Shown here: piece after piece, positions 12,505 through 24,000 of the stretch
How positions within the stretch are numbered: the first letter of the stretch is position 1
Layout: each line of letters opens with the position of its first letter
Assembly: GCF_964355755.1 (NCBI RefSeq)
Contig: NC_092678.1
Location: 5,720,422 to 5,784,421, forward strand
DNA: 64,000 nucleotides
Reading direction: 5' to 3'
From: Antedon mediterranea
Lineage: Eukaryota > Animalia > Echinodermata
Translations under genes and position numbers: made by a program
Notes under the pieces: model-generated
The model's input: only the letters and a program-made list of their open reading frames with translations
The model's database searches: none
What the model was told of the DNA's origin: nothing

Positions 12505-13380
12505 TGAACACAGGTGCAATTTTTTTAGTTTATTTTTATACAGGGTGCATCTCTGTGGTTTATTTGTACACAGGTGCAACCATTTAGTTTATTTGAATGC
12601 AGGATGCAACTCTGTAGTGTATTTTCATACAGGTGTCTTTCTTTTATCTTATTTGCATACAGGGTGCACACAGGTGCAACTCTTTGGTTTATTGGAATAC
12701 AGGATGCAACTCTGTAGTGTATTTTCATACAGGTGTCTTTCTTTTAGCTTATTTGCATACAGGGTGCATACAGGTGCAACTCTTTGGTTTATTTGAATAC
12801 AGGGTGCAGCTCTTTAGTTTGTTTGCACACAGGTGCAACTCTTTAGTTTATTTTCATACAGATGCATCTGTTTTAGCTTATTTGTACACAGGTCTAACTC
12901 TTTAGTTTATTTTCATACAGATGCGTCTGTTTTAGCTTATTTGTACACAGGTGTAACTCTTTAGTTTATTTTCATACAGATGCGTCTGTTTTAGCTTATT
13001 TGTACACAGGTGTAACTCTTTAGTTTATTTTCATACATATGCGTCTGTTTTAGCTTATTTGTACACAGGTCTAACTCTTTAGTTTATTTTCATACAGATG
13101 CGTCTGTTTTAGCTTATTTGTACACAGGTGTAACCCTTTAGTTTATTTTCATACAGATGCGTCTGTTTTAGCTTATTTGCACACAGGTGTAACTATTTAG
13201 TTTATTTGAATACAGGGTGCAACTCTGTAGTTTATTTGCACACAGGTGCAAGTCTTTAGTTTATTTTCATACAGATGTGTCTGTTTTAGCTTATTTGCAT
13301 AAATGGTGCACACAGGTGCAACTCTTTGGTTTATTTGAATGCAGGGTGCAACTCTTTAGTTTATTTTAATACAGGTGTAA
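12505..13380. repeat. Minisatellite, 59-bp unit built from two related 29/30-bp subunits
   Basis: tttagtttattttcatacagatgcgtctg + ttttagcttatttgtacacaggtgtaactc repeated; homogeneous core at about 12840-13200, degenerate edges. Confidence 0.92.
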
Positions 13381-15754
13381 TATATTTAACCTTAAATATA
13401 TTATCATTTTCATTCAACTTTAGCCATCAAACATAATGTGCAATGTATGATTGTCATGCTAAAGAGCTGAATGGGTCTGAACCCCACCCAAGAATAGCTT
13501 TCACACGTTTTGAGTATTCAGTCGAACTATTGTTATAAAATATTTTATAATATATTATACATACATACATACACACACCCCATTTATATTGTGCCTTATC
13601 AAAACATTTCAAGGAGAATTACAAAAACTAAAACTAAATGTTAATAATGTTAAGCAATGTTATGAAACTGGGATCAACTTATTGATTAATATTTTAAGTA
13701 GTATAATCTTGCACTATAAATTATTTTAAATAATTATTATAATAAAGTTAATGAAATGTGATGTAATGTAGTTTGAAGACACTATTTTTTTTTAATGTTA
13801 TAATAACTCGGCATAAAATATTATTTTATGTATTTCATTTTTATACGATTTGTATATAATCAAAATTATGTGTGTTAATGAGTGAAATATTTTGTTATAA
13901 TATTATTCGATCATCCTGTTTGTTTGTCTGTTAGCCTGTCTAATTTTCACCATATATTGACCATAGTCCACGGACGGAAGACACCATTAATAATAATTAC
14001 GTGATCTATTATAAATCACGCTTTTAGTTATATCTTCAAAATAGAAAATGTAGTGCTCATAAACATCAGGTCATAGCATCAGACGAGAATATAAAGTCGT
14101 AGCACGTATCAGACCATCTTAAGCATTTTATAAATTCTCATAGATGTGCAATTTTTTTCGCGAGCAGCGTACATTTCATTTTTTCACAGGCGTAGAACTC
14201 TCTGATTGCTCCTGGTTGAGTTGAGTTGCATTGTGAGTTCTGGTGAGGCACTGCAATGTGCGGGCTATGACGAGTTAAATGGATGTTCACTCGATTGATA
14301 ATCACCCTCACATAATTCATGATAAACGTAAATATTTTTGGTTAGTTTTAAAAATCACCTCGCTAAATTTTTTCACGAGATTATTCGCAGAATTTTCAAA
14401 TTTTTACTCACCCATTATCAATAAGATATAGTCATTTGATAAAGTAAATATATTTGTATGACATCTGTCACATATGTAAATCGTGTTCATGAATATTCAA
14501 ATTAGTTGCAACGAACTATATCATTGTAGTGGTCGAGCGATAAAGGCGTAGCGAGTGTGATGAAATCTATAACTTAAGTTTACGTTCGAAATGAGTGAAT
14601 TAATGTGTGATACTTAGTGTTTCTTGAGAAAGCTTCCAGAAAGAAAGCAGTGGTGGACTTTAAATTTATAAAATGCTTTGTCTTCATTTTGAAATTTGAA
14701 ATCAACTGAACGATCACGGTACTGACGGTAACATGGTGGTAAGTTGGCTTATTTTCTTTCTTGCAAACTTAGTTGGATAAACAATCTAAATATTTATTTT
14801 AGATGTAACATCATTTGGTTAGGTTTTCAAAATTTTTATTGTAGTAGGCCTAACTCTTATATTTACAGTATTTAATATTTCAAATAATATTTAGATTTAA
14901 TGACGTAATCAAGTATACTTGCTATCATCTGTTGCCATACAGGTGCTCCGCATATTGCCTGCCGGGTTCGACGAATACTTAACGTTAAAAATATAATAGT
15001 ATCATAATTCCATGTTCTTCTACTTCATTTGTAAGCATATAGTTATATTGATAAGTTGTTTTTATGCAATTCCAACAAATAAATGCAGAACATTTAACTG
15101 AAAACTCAGTTATTCTCTTTACATTTTGCCTTTAATCACAGTATTGTCAATTTTCGTTTACCAAAACATACCTACTGTATGTTCTATTTCCCCTTAACAG
15201 CAAAAACCGTACGTTGTGGATACAACAGTTTCCAAAACACATTTTTTTTATATAATTTAAATTGAATCGCAACAAAGAAATACAAGATTTTCTTTTGTAT
15301 ATAGTATTATTATCTCCTTCTCGTTTGTCTATTTCGGTAGTATGTTGGTTGCAGTATGCCCAGTGAGGGCGATATTCATTATTGTAGAGGGTAATTTAAA
15401 CAAATCTGTTTTCGTCCATTTATTTAATCAGCATGCCGATTAGGGATATTATTTAGCACCAACTTATGTTTCTTTTACAACTACTGTATGTTCAAAACAT
15501 TTCTAGTTAGATTTAAAAAGATGTTCTAACCAATAATGTATTTGAGGTCTAGTACCAGGAAACATGAAGTATAATAACGCTTCTAAACTACTGTATTATC
15601 AGTTTAATTCGACCACATTCTCTTAGAGTATTATATTTTATACATTTTAAGTTAAAATCTTTTAAAAGGGCTAAAGCTGCAGTAAGAATTAAATACTGTC
15701 AAGTTTGAAGAGGCTGTGAAAAAGCAGCGTCATGACATGAATACATTTTTGGTG

Positions 15755-15962
15755 GTAGCATTTTCAGAGTTACAATCGGATGGACAGACGTCGCAGATGA
15801 TCGAGTCAGTTTGACAACTGTTCAAGCAAATTATTGCGTTTTACATTTCTTATTTGCGTCTTTGTAATTTCTCGTTTCTTATATCGTCTTTTAAGTTTAT
15901 CTCTTTTGTTTTTGCAAATACTTGTTCTCCTCGTGATGACTCTATAATTATTCAGAAGTTCT
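15755..15962 (-). pseudogene. Decayed tandem duplicate of the 3' half of the coiled-coil ORF
   Basis: gcattttcagagttacaatcgga...ttctcgtttcttatatcgt...tgactc...agaagtt aligns with 16077-16291; translation ESSRGEQVFAK..DDIRNEK versus ESARREQQYFARK..NDMRNEK. Confidence 0.7.
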
Positions 15963-16169
15963 TACAATTCGGTGATGGTGATGGTGTAGCAACAACATTG
16001 GCAAGTTAGTTTGTGGAAGATTAAGAAGGTAGGTCATAACTTCATGAACTATTTAGCAACCTATTCTTTGGTGTTTGCATTTTCAGAGTAACAATCGGAA
16101 GAACAGCAGAAAATGATGATGTTGATGATTGATTCAGTTTTGGCAATTCTTCTTTCTCACTTTGGCGTT

Positions 16170-16499
16170 TTAAATTTCTTCTCTCCGTCTTTTCTCGTTT
16201 CTCATATCGTTTTGTGTGTTTGTACTCTTTGTTTTCCATTTTCTTGCAAAGTATTGCTGTTCTCGCCGAGCTGACTCGATATTTAGAAGTTCTTTTTTTA
16301 ATTGTTGCTGCATTCTATGAATCCGATCGTCGCTAGCTCTTTGCGCCTTTTCGATAGATTTTTCTGCCAAAGACAAACGATTCTCTTCCCTGTTGTTCAG
16401 AGTTCGTGTCCAGTGATCGCGTGCAGCAGCGTATTTTTTAATGTTACGTATCTTCTGTTGTGCCAATATGTTGTCGGGGTCTCGTTTCATACGATACAT
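16170..16499 (-). CDS. Small basic coiled-coil protein (MYRMKRDPDNILAQQKIRN...QQQLKKELLNIESARREQ), uncharacterised; possibly frameshifted or pseudogenising
   Basis: Charged, heptad-like ORF in a locally GC-richer patch; an overlapping frame continues to 16042; the 3' part is duplicated about 320 bp downstream. Confidence 0.5.
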   Translation of the reverse strand: MYRMKRDPDNILAQQKIRNIKKYAAARDHWTRTLNNREENRLSLAEKSIEKAQRASDDRIHRMQQQLKKELLNIESARREQQYFARKWKTKSTNTQNDMRNEKRRREEI

Positions 16500-17825
16500 A
16501 GTCCGTAAATATATGATGTTAGATCTATAAACTACCTCAAGCAATCGGTATTAATATCCAGATGCTGGTAAATTAAGTATCTTATTGTGACGACGATGTT
16601 ACTCACTAATAGTTCACACAAATTATAAGCAATCTTATACAGTTAAAAATATGATAAACATCTTGAAAAAACAATCTTATTTGGAGTTGTTTTCGTTAAA
16701 TAAATTCGGTACCAACAATGTTTTACTTGCATCAAATGAGCATACAATACCTCAATATAATCGCTTTTCTTGGACAAAGATATAATACCAGGTCTAATAA
16801 CCCAATTTACTATAGGCCTACGTTTTAAATCTGTTGTGTGAACATACTGTTAACTCTTGGCCATCACCTGACTGTTCTTGTAAAACGGTTGTTGCCACCG
16901 GTCTACCTCTTCACTCTTGAAAGAATAATCAAATCACGGCCACAAAATAATCCTAATGCGACTGCCGTTGTTGCTTTTACACACACAGTAAATACACATC
17001 ACCTTATTCATTATCTTAAAACATTGTAACAACACAAAAATTCACAAGATACCACATATTAGTTGTCAATACAAGTACTATCACACTATCAATGTACAAA
17101 CACAACGCATAGCTAAACTAACAGTAAGACAGTCTATTATAGTTTGTGTAACAGTATTGGAATTCGGACATAAAGTTGATAAAACTATTTCTAGATGAAT
17201 AATCACAAATTATTTTATTGAGTTCTACACACCCAAGTAACCTTTAAAACGTGTTGACGTCAATTTTATTTTAAAAAACAACCATTGTTTTTTTTATATT
17301 CATCCATTTAATTTTAGAAACAAAGTTTGCATTAATAAATTTAAATTTGTTTCCTGAAGTGCCCTTTTAATTTTATGGACAATTCTTGTAGCCAATTACT
17401 TTCATGTACTATAAGGTAGGCTTAAATTCATTTTTTCTTTCAGTTGCTTACACTTGCCCCTTTTTGAGGAAAAATGATGTTCCAAAAGGTATTTTTATGC
17501 ACATGTTTTGAAAACGAAAATAAACCAACTCAAATTGCAAGTTTTATAATATTCTTTATTAACACTTTAGTCTATACGGAAACTTTTATCCAGGGAACTA
17601 TACTTTAATTTTATCCAAGAAACCACCACATTCCTCACTCTCTCTCTGACCTCAACTTATTAATATTAATTGTATTCATTTTATAAAATAATAGATCAAA
17701 TAACGGTCATCTTTTAAAAGGTTTTATTTACACTTGCTTCTGTTGCGCAGTATTAACACAACAACCAATATACCCTATACAATTTACATTATTGTAATAA
17801 GTTCCTACATACATAGTTCTTCATT

Positions 17826-17943
17826 TGTGCCCCAAATGTGGTAGTGATATGCTCAAATATGGTAGTGATATGACATCGTCATGTCCATATATGGGCACAT
17901 CACATTTTTTGTCACATAAAGTTTGATAGTGTAGACAGAGCTT
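17826..17943. mobile_element. Half of a Harbinger-like MITE (related remnant at about 45796-45860)
   Basis: Ends aaagtttgatagtgtagacagagct|tta; internal atatggtagtgatatg repeats occur in reverse complement near 45800. Confidence 0.55.
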
Positions 17944-18786
17944 TAGAAATCCAGATGTATGAATCATAACTAACCGCTTTGGGGCGCTGATTTCTCTATG
18001 CTGACACGTTCAAAGTGCCTTCTTAATGTTTATGTTGCAAAGCTAATATAACTTCTGGCGTATTTCAAACGCAAGTTACATTTTTGTTAAATTACTCAAC
18101 TCACTGTACTTTACAGAGGATTAGAATTTGAGAGAATAATAATGGCAAATTAGTGTAGAGCCTAGGCTCAGTGCTCTTATGTTAGTTTAGTATACATGGT
18201 ATAATTACTTGTACAAGTGACTGTTCACCTGTAGATATGTAAATCAGAATGATTAAAAAAACCATGATTTTTAATGCAATTCGTAAAGCTGTTGTACCAT
18301 TTATTTAGGAACAGTACAAAAATCATTTTACTAGTAATATCAAACGTTTTATTGGTCCTAGCATAGCATGCAAACATATCCTTTTCATTGTCTGTATTTA
18401 CTATTTCAAATAAAATACCAAAGTGTGCAAACAGAAATAAAATGTTTGGGTGTTGTTTTCTGGTATTAAATGCAAACAATTCCTATGCTTACAATTTTGT
18501 TTTATATTCTAGTAATATCAAACACCCAATAGACTTATTTATGTTAGCACCATTAGGAATATAATTATATGAACTAAATTATAAAACCATAGTTAAATCA
18601 ACCTTTTAAAAACTAGTTGGGAAAATTGAATCAACACTATGCAGCCAAATGTAGGGGTTCATGGTGTAGGGAATGTAACTACATTTTAGGTTCCCCACCA
18701 ATTTTCAAGATATCTCTTTCACGTCGATCACAAAATAAAAAGTCCATTGAACCATGAACGTATACCCCATGATTGAACCTATGTAA

Positions 18787-18966
18787 AGGGTCTTTCACAC
18801 CTGTTCCGGTCAGGCGCCGGCAAATCCAATCGAACGTCAATGTTTCATTTTTACGCGACTATGCGCATATTGATTGGCGCACAGCCGCGTAGAGCGCCGT
18901 GAAAGCAAAACATTGGCGTTCGATTCGCCGGACCGGACGCGTGTCAGAACTGGTGTGAAATATCCT
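18787..18966. mobile_element. PIF/Harbinger-like foldback MITE (180 bp)
   Basis: taa|agggtctttcacacc ... ggtgtgaaatatcct|tta; inner arms aatcgaacgtcaatgttt / aaacattggcgttcgatt. Confidence 0.72.
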
Positions 18967-20157
18967 TTACACAAGAGTGCAGTTTGTGTTATATGCGCAT
19001 CCAATTTTGTATTATGCACATTCATGCAATGGAACAAATATTTTCATGAGGTTGACATAGAACACTCATCAAAATATTGAACCATTGCATCCACAAACAT
19101 TCATTATTCATATATTATTTAATAGCATTAGAATTTATTCATAAAACCGAGAATAATACAATAATTATTTTATAAAATTTAGCGCCAATAAAAATATGAT
19201 AATTTTGCACCAAACTTGTAAAGTAAACATAAATTTAAACCTAAAACAAAAAAGTAATTAATTTTTGACTTTTTTTTCTTTAATTTTTGTAATCTTTGGT
19301 GTAAAATTAATTAATATTAAAGCACTGGAAATCAAAATGTGTAACCATTAGTGGTTTTTTAGTGCTAATAGAAACTTGTTTATTAAAACCAACAGTGTTA
19401 CTATGACAAACACAAATATTACTGTACTGCCCTCTATTTGTGGGTTAACATAAACTTCTTTGATGAAACTTTTGTTAGTGCAGTATCAATCAACAGAATT
19501 AAACTTTTTTTAATTTGTATATCGTTATTAAATATACATATATTACATAATTTATCACTGTGGTCTTGATAATATAAAAAAAAATATGTTTTTGGCTTAA
19601 AAACTACATATAAATATACACGTTTAACAGGAAAAATAACACATAATAATTATTTTTTATAAAAATAGCACACTGGAGTCTCCTGTATAGACCACACTGT
19701 ACACAATTTGTTAACCCATTATATAACATATGATGAAACTAAAGACTACATAACTAGCTAAAAAATAATAGTAATTATTAAACCTTTAAATAATTAGTCG
19801 GAAATTCCTATAAAATAAGTAGGCTTAACAGTGAATAAAAATTATATTGTAAACAAATTTAAATATCTTAAAATATGAATTCATTTTATTATTAATGTGC
19901 TACAAATCAATTTATTCAATCAATTAAATATATTGAGTTTCTGATAGATTGAATGTACGGTAAACAAACATTAATTAAGCATTAATTTATTTTTCTATAA
20001 TTGGAAGATTCTTTTAATATAATTACTGTAAAAGATTCACCTAAATAAGGAAAAATTATACAATTATTTAAATATATTATTAAATTCATTCCACATAAAT
20101 CATAGAGCACATTCAAATGTTATTACAGTTTTTAAATGAAAAGTATTAAATTCTATA

Positions 20158-20447
20158 ATTCTGGTGTTTCAATCCATGTGCGCCCTCATTGGGTTCAATT
20201 TAATCACGTTAGAAGCTGCATTGTGGGATATTGTTGACAAAAAAATAAAGAATTTTCCTTCCCTATAGATATTAGATTCATTTTTAAACCGCTATCGTTT
20301 AATTCTAAAACTGCAAAATGTTCTTGTTTTTATAAAATTGAGGAATAAGAATCTAGAAAATTTAGCACCCATTGCAAACGGTCAAATCATGGACAGGGTT
20401 TGCATAGTATGGTCACTGGGGGCGCATGGATTACGAAACAACAGAAT
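20158..20447. mobile_element. MITE of about 290 bp with about 30-bp imperfect TIRs, in the presumed 3' UTR of the sialomucin
   Basis: attctggtgtttcaatccatgtgcgccctca versus tgggggcgcatggattacgaaacaacagaat. Confidence 0.65.
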
Positions 20448-20626
20448 TTAACCAGACCACTAGAACACCTGTAAGTGGTTAAATTGACTGATGAACAATT
20501 GACTGATGAACAACATCAATAAATCAAGTCAACTACTCAACAAATCAAACATTAACGAAGTACACTTGAGTTGCATATCAGTTATAAAATGGGCATTGTT
20601 AAAAAAATATTCCCATCAAAGTATCC

Positions 20627-21010
20627 TCACAAATGCGTATCCTCGACTTCAAATTTTCCCTTGTCTCCATTTGCTTGATCCTCCATCGGAACCATAGCTG
20701 TGTCAACTTTTATGCTAATTAGATGAGCGCCGTTTCCGTTCGTTCCTTTCTTCTCATTCATCATTGGGTTATCGTATCCTGTTACCTCATCGGATGCGTT
20801 ATCAGTGATGTACTCACCTCTCCGCGCACGTCGCCTATCGTACAAGATGTAAACTAGGCCAGTAAATAGAATAATGAACGACAAAACCGCTATGATAATA
20901 ACTGCTATAAAAAGACCATTGCTTTCATCATTGTCGTCTGAACTTTCTTGTGAGTCATTTTGCGTCTTTTCTGGTATTCCTGCGCTTATTTCTCCCAATT
21001 TAATTCCAAT
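20627..21010 (-). CDS. Sialomucin terminal exon: juxtamembrane region, TM helix and PDZ-ligand tail EDTHL
   Basis: ttttctgcag acceptor at 21013-21011, 384 nt to TGA; single TM helix; C-terminal class I PDZ motif T-H-L. Confidence 0.9.
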   Translation of the reverse strand: MGIKLGEISAGIPEKTQNDSQESSDDNDESNGLFIAVIIIAVLSFIILFTGLVYILYDRRRARRGEYITDNASDEVTGYDNPMMNEKKGTNGNGAHLISIKVDTAMVPMEDQANGDKGKFEVEDTHL

Positions 21011-24000
21011 CTGCAGAAAATTAAGAAAAACAAAATTGTCTTACATTCGGATGACATTATTTTTAAAACAGTAGTAACAGGTCGGTTTCTGCTGCAAACA
21101 AAAACAAAAAGACAGGACAAATACATAACCCAATATATTGGAAATTTTTATCGACAACCACCCACTGATTTTAATGGTTTTTGGGAGCACAAATATTTAG
21201 CAGAAATGCTGTAGATATATATCTCCATTGAGATCCAGCCACTGATACCCACAGCATTGTCATTTTTTTCAGTAATTTGCCTTTGGATATATATATATAT
21301 ATATTATCTATTTTTATCTATTTTGAAATATTCTGTCGGAAAAAACAGGCCCCTCATTTACTAAAATCAACATTTTTCAATACTTGTTTTAAAACATATT
21401 GAAAGCAAATATTAAAACTGTTTATTCTGTAATTCTATGGCACCTTATACCACTGAATATAAAACTTGCAAACCCTAAAAAAGTTGACATGAGAACAGTG
21501 GATGTTGTTTCTCCTCACCTCCTCCTATGGAACCTCACAACAATATCATCAGCCAACAATATAATAATTAGTTATAGATTAAAATTTCATAGTTAATATT
21601 CCACTTGTCAATTGGAAATGTTTATGATAAATCATTGAATAGTTATGTTGCATCATATCTGCAGCCAGCTGGTATGAGGAGTGGTTAGAAGGTACTGGTA
21701 TCTGAGCACTTAACCCAGGTCAATAATTCAATGACGACATAATTAGTTTTGTGCAGTTCATTAAGGTTCAGTGGTGTTCAATTCTACTATAGGAACATCT
21801 TCATTTAAATACCCTATGGCAATAATACACTAACAGAAGAATCTGTGTTCTCACTGGAAATATTAGATTTGGGTGGTATAGCTTATCTTTCAGTCTATAG
21901 CCTTGTTCACACTGGATTTAAAAAAGGTAACTTTACCAAAGGTCATCAGCAAATTTGACCATTGTTCACACTGTGAATAATTTGACACAATGATTTTATC
22001 AAAATTTATCTGTGCCATTAAAAAATTATGATTAAGGTGCATGATGAAAGTTTGGACTTTTTGGCCAGCATGGTTAGTTTTATCAAAACCATTTTTTAGC
22101 AGGCAGTGGTCGGTAAAGTTACCCATAGCATTTGGATATGACTTTTCTTCGTCAAAATTGATCAAATTAAAGTCCAGTACCATCAAGGCTTATATAACAT
22201 CAAGAGAGCAAAGTTGTCTCTTTATTCCTGAACACAACATAATATATTTAATAAAAAAAGTTAGTTTTAAAAATTTAATTTATTATCTTATCTTTAATAT
22301 CTATCAAAATTAGAAAAGGAAATCAAGAACTCCTAGAGAATTCAAAATTACTATATTGTTAATTCTTCTATATAGCGCCCTCATATTCCACTGACAACAA
22401 CATATTGACTTCAACTGATTTCATTATTCAAACACATAAATGTGACATCCCACAGGTCGTACAGTAGGTCAAACAAGCATTTTCAATAAATCTTAACCAC
22501 AGTTTCAGCCAAACCTCAATAAAAATGTTAATTACTATTTCTATTAAGGTTACTATGGCAACATTGTATAAACATTGCTTCTCCTCTATATCAATACATT
22601 ATAAATTTAACTTCATCAACTAACAATCAGAAAATATATAGTTACCATATAAACCTATTAATTAAAAAGTGTATTATAGTATAGTTAGTAATACTACTAC
22701 TAATATATTTTTTAATTGAAAGACCCACATAATTAATCAGATATATTTTAACACTGCAGCCAAAAAGGATATTTTGTTGGAGCCCTTGGGTGCTACTGTA
22801 TTGAATTTACAATGTAACAACGTTTGAATAAAAAAGAACAAAAATAACTCTTGAATCAACCTGGCTTGTTCGGTTAAAAAAAATAATTCAAAAGTCTGTC
22901 ACAAACCCACATTCAGTTTGTGTACTCCTAAAAAATATCACACGCATTTTGACATAATTTTAGTAGAAAATGTTGTTCTTTTTAATCTTTAAAATTGATT
23001 CAAAAGCCAATTACAATTTTAACAGGTAGATCGTTTTAGCTGTTAAGTCTCTTTTACGTAGCCTAGGCTTATGTTTTTGTATTTTCTTCTGATTATATAT
23101 GGATTTCAGGTTTTGTGGGCTCAGATCATGGATTTGAAGTCAGTCCTTGACTAAGATTTTTGTTGTTGCCCTGAGAACAACTGGTGAGATTTGGTTGCCC
23201 TCAGCTAAAATGATCAAACATGATCTGATCTGGGTTGTATGGTTGGTTTTCCCAATTTGACAAATCTCTAGACAAGCATAAAACTTGTTTCAAGTGGGAA
23301 TATGATATTATGTGCGCTATGCTTTTCAAGATTCCACTATCTAGGAACAGACAGTTATTAAAATGTGGTATACCACAGCTTTAGCCCCAAGGAATTTCTT
23401 ATAACATAGGAATTCCAGGTCATGTGGATACCCCAAGGTCATCCTTAAATAGGCATTGATATAATAATATTCATCCTAGGCATGTCTATATTCAGCAGGC
23501 CTAAAGCTATATAACCGCTGCAAACATTATTTTTAAGTTGAGTCTAATGTAGAAACTATTTAATTTTGATATGTCACTAGTAATAGTATTGTGATAATTT
23601 TTCAAGTATTTGACATTTAATTTTGTATCACTTAATTCTAACACAAGGTAAAGTTCTGATCAACGGTTTTATTTTTACTGCACTGTAGGTTTTAAGTTTT
23701 GTAAACATTTTGAAAATCGTGTGTTATGCAACATACTGCAAGCCTGTAGCCAGAATTTTTTCGAGATATTTGTTTTTCTCTTTTGTTATTTAAACTTTGA
23801 CCCTTGGCTTGTGCTACTTTATTAGTTGTTGTTTTATATTTTATTCATTGGACTTGATAATGACCCCATGATGGAGTCGAAACGTCGTTCTCTTTTAAGC
23901 GTTATTTTTATATTATGAAAAAACAAAGCCCTTGTAAAAAAAGAAAACAACAGTTGATTATTTTTTCTGTGTGAATTTTTTTTATTAAATAAGCCTGCAC

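Noticed and set aside
12525-12905. Short ORFs within the 59-bp satellite
   Set aside because: The unit length is not a multiple of 3 and the frames close quickly.
22123-22227. Candidate bridging exon for the sialomucin
   Set aside because: It has splice-like ends but stop codons in all three phases.
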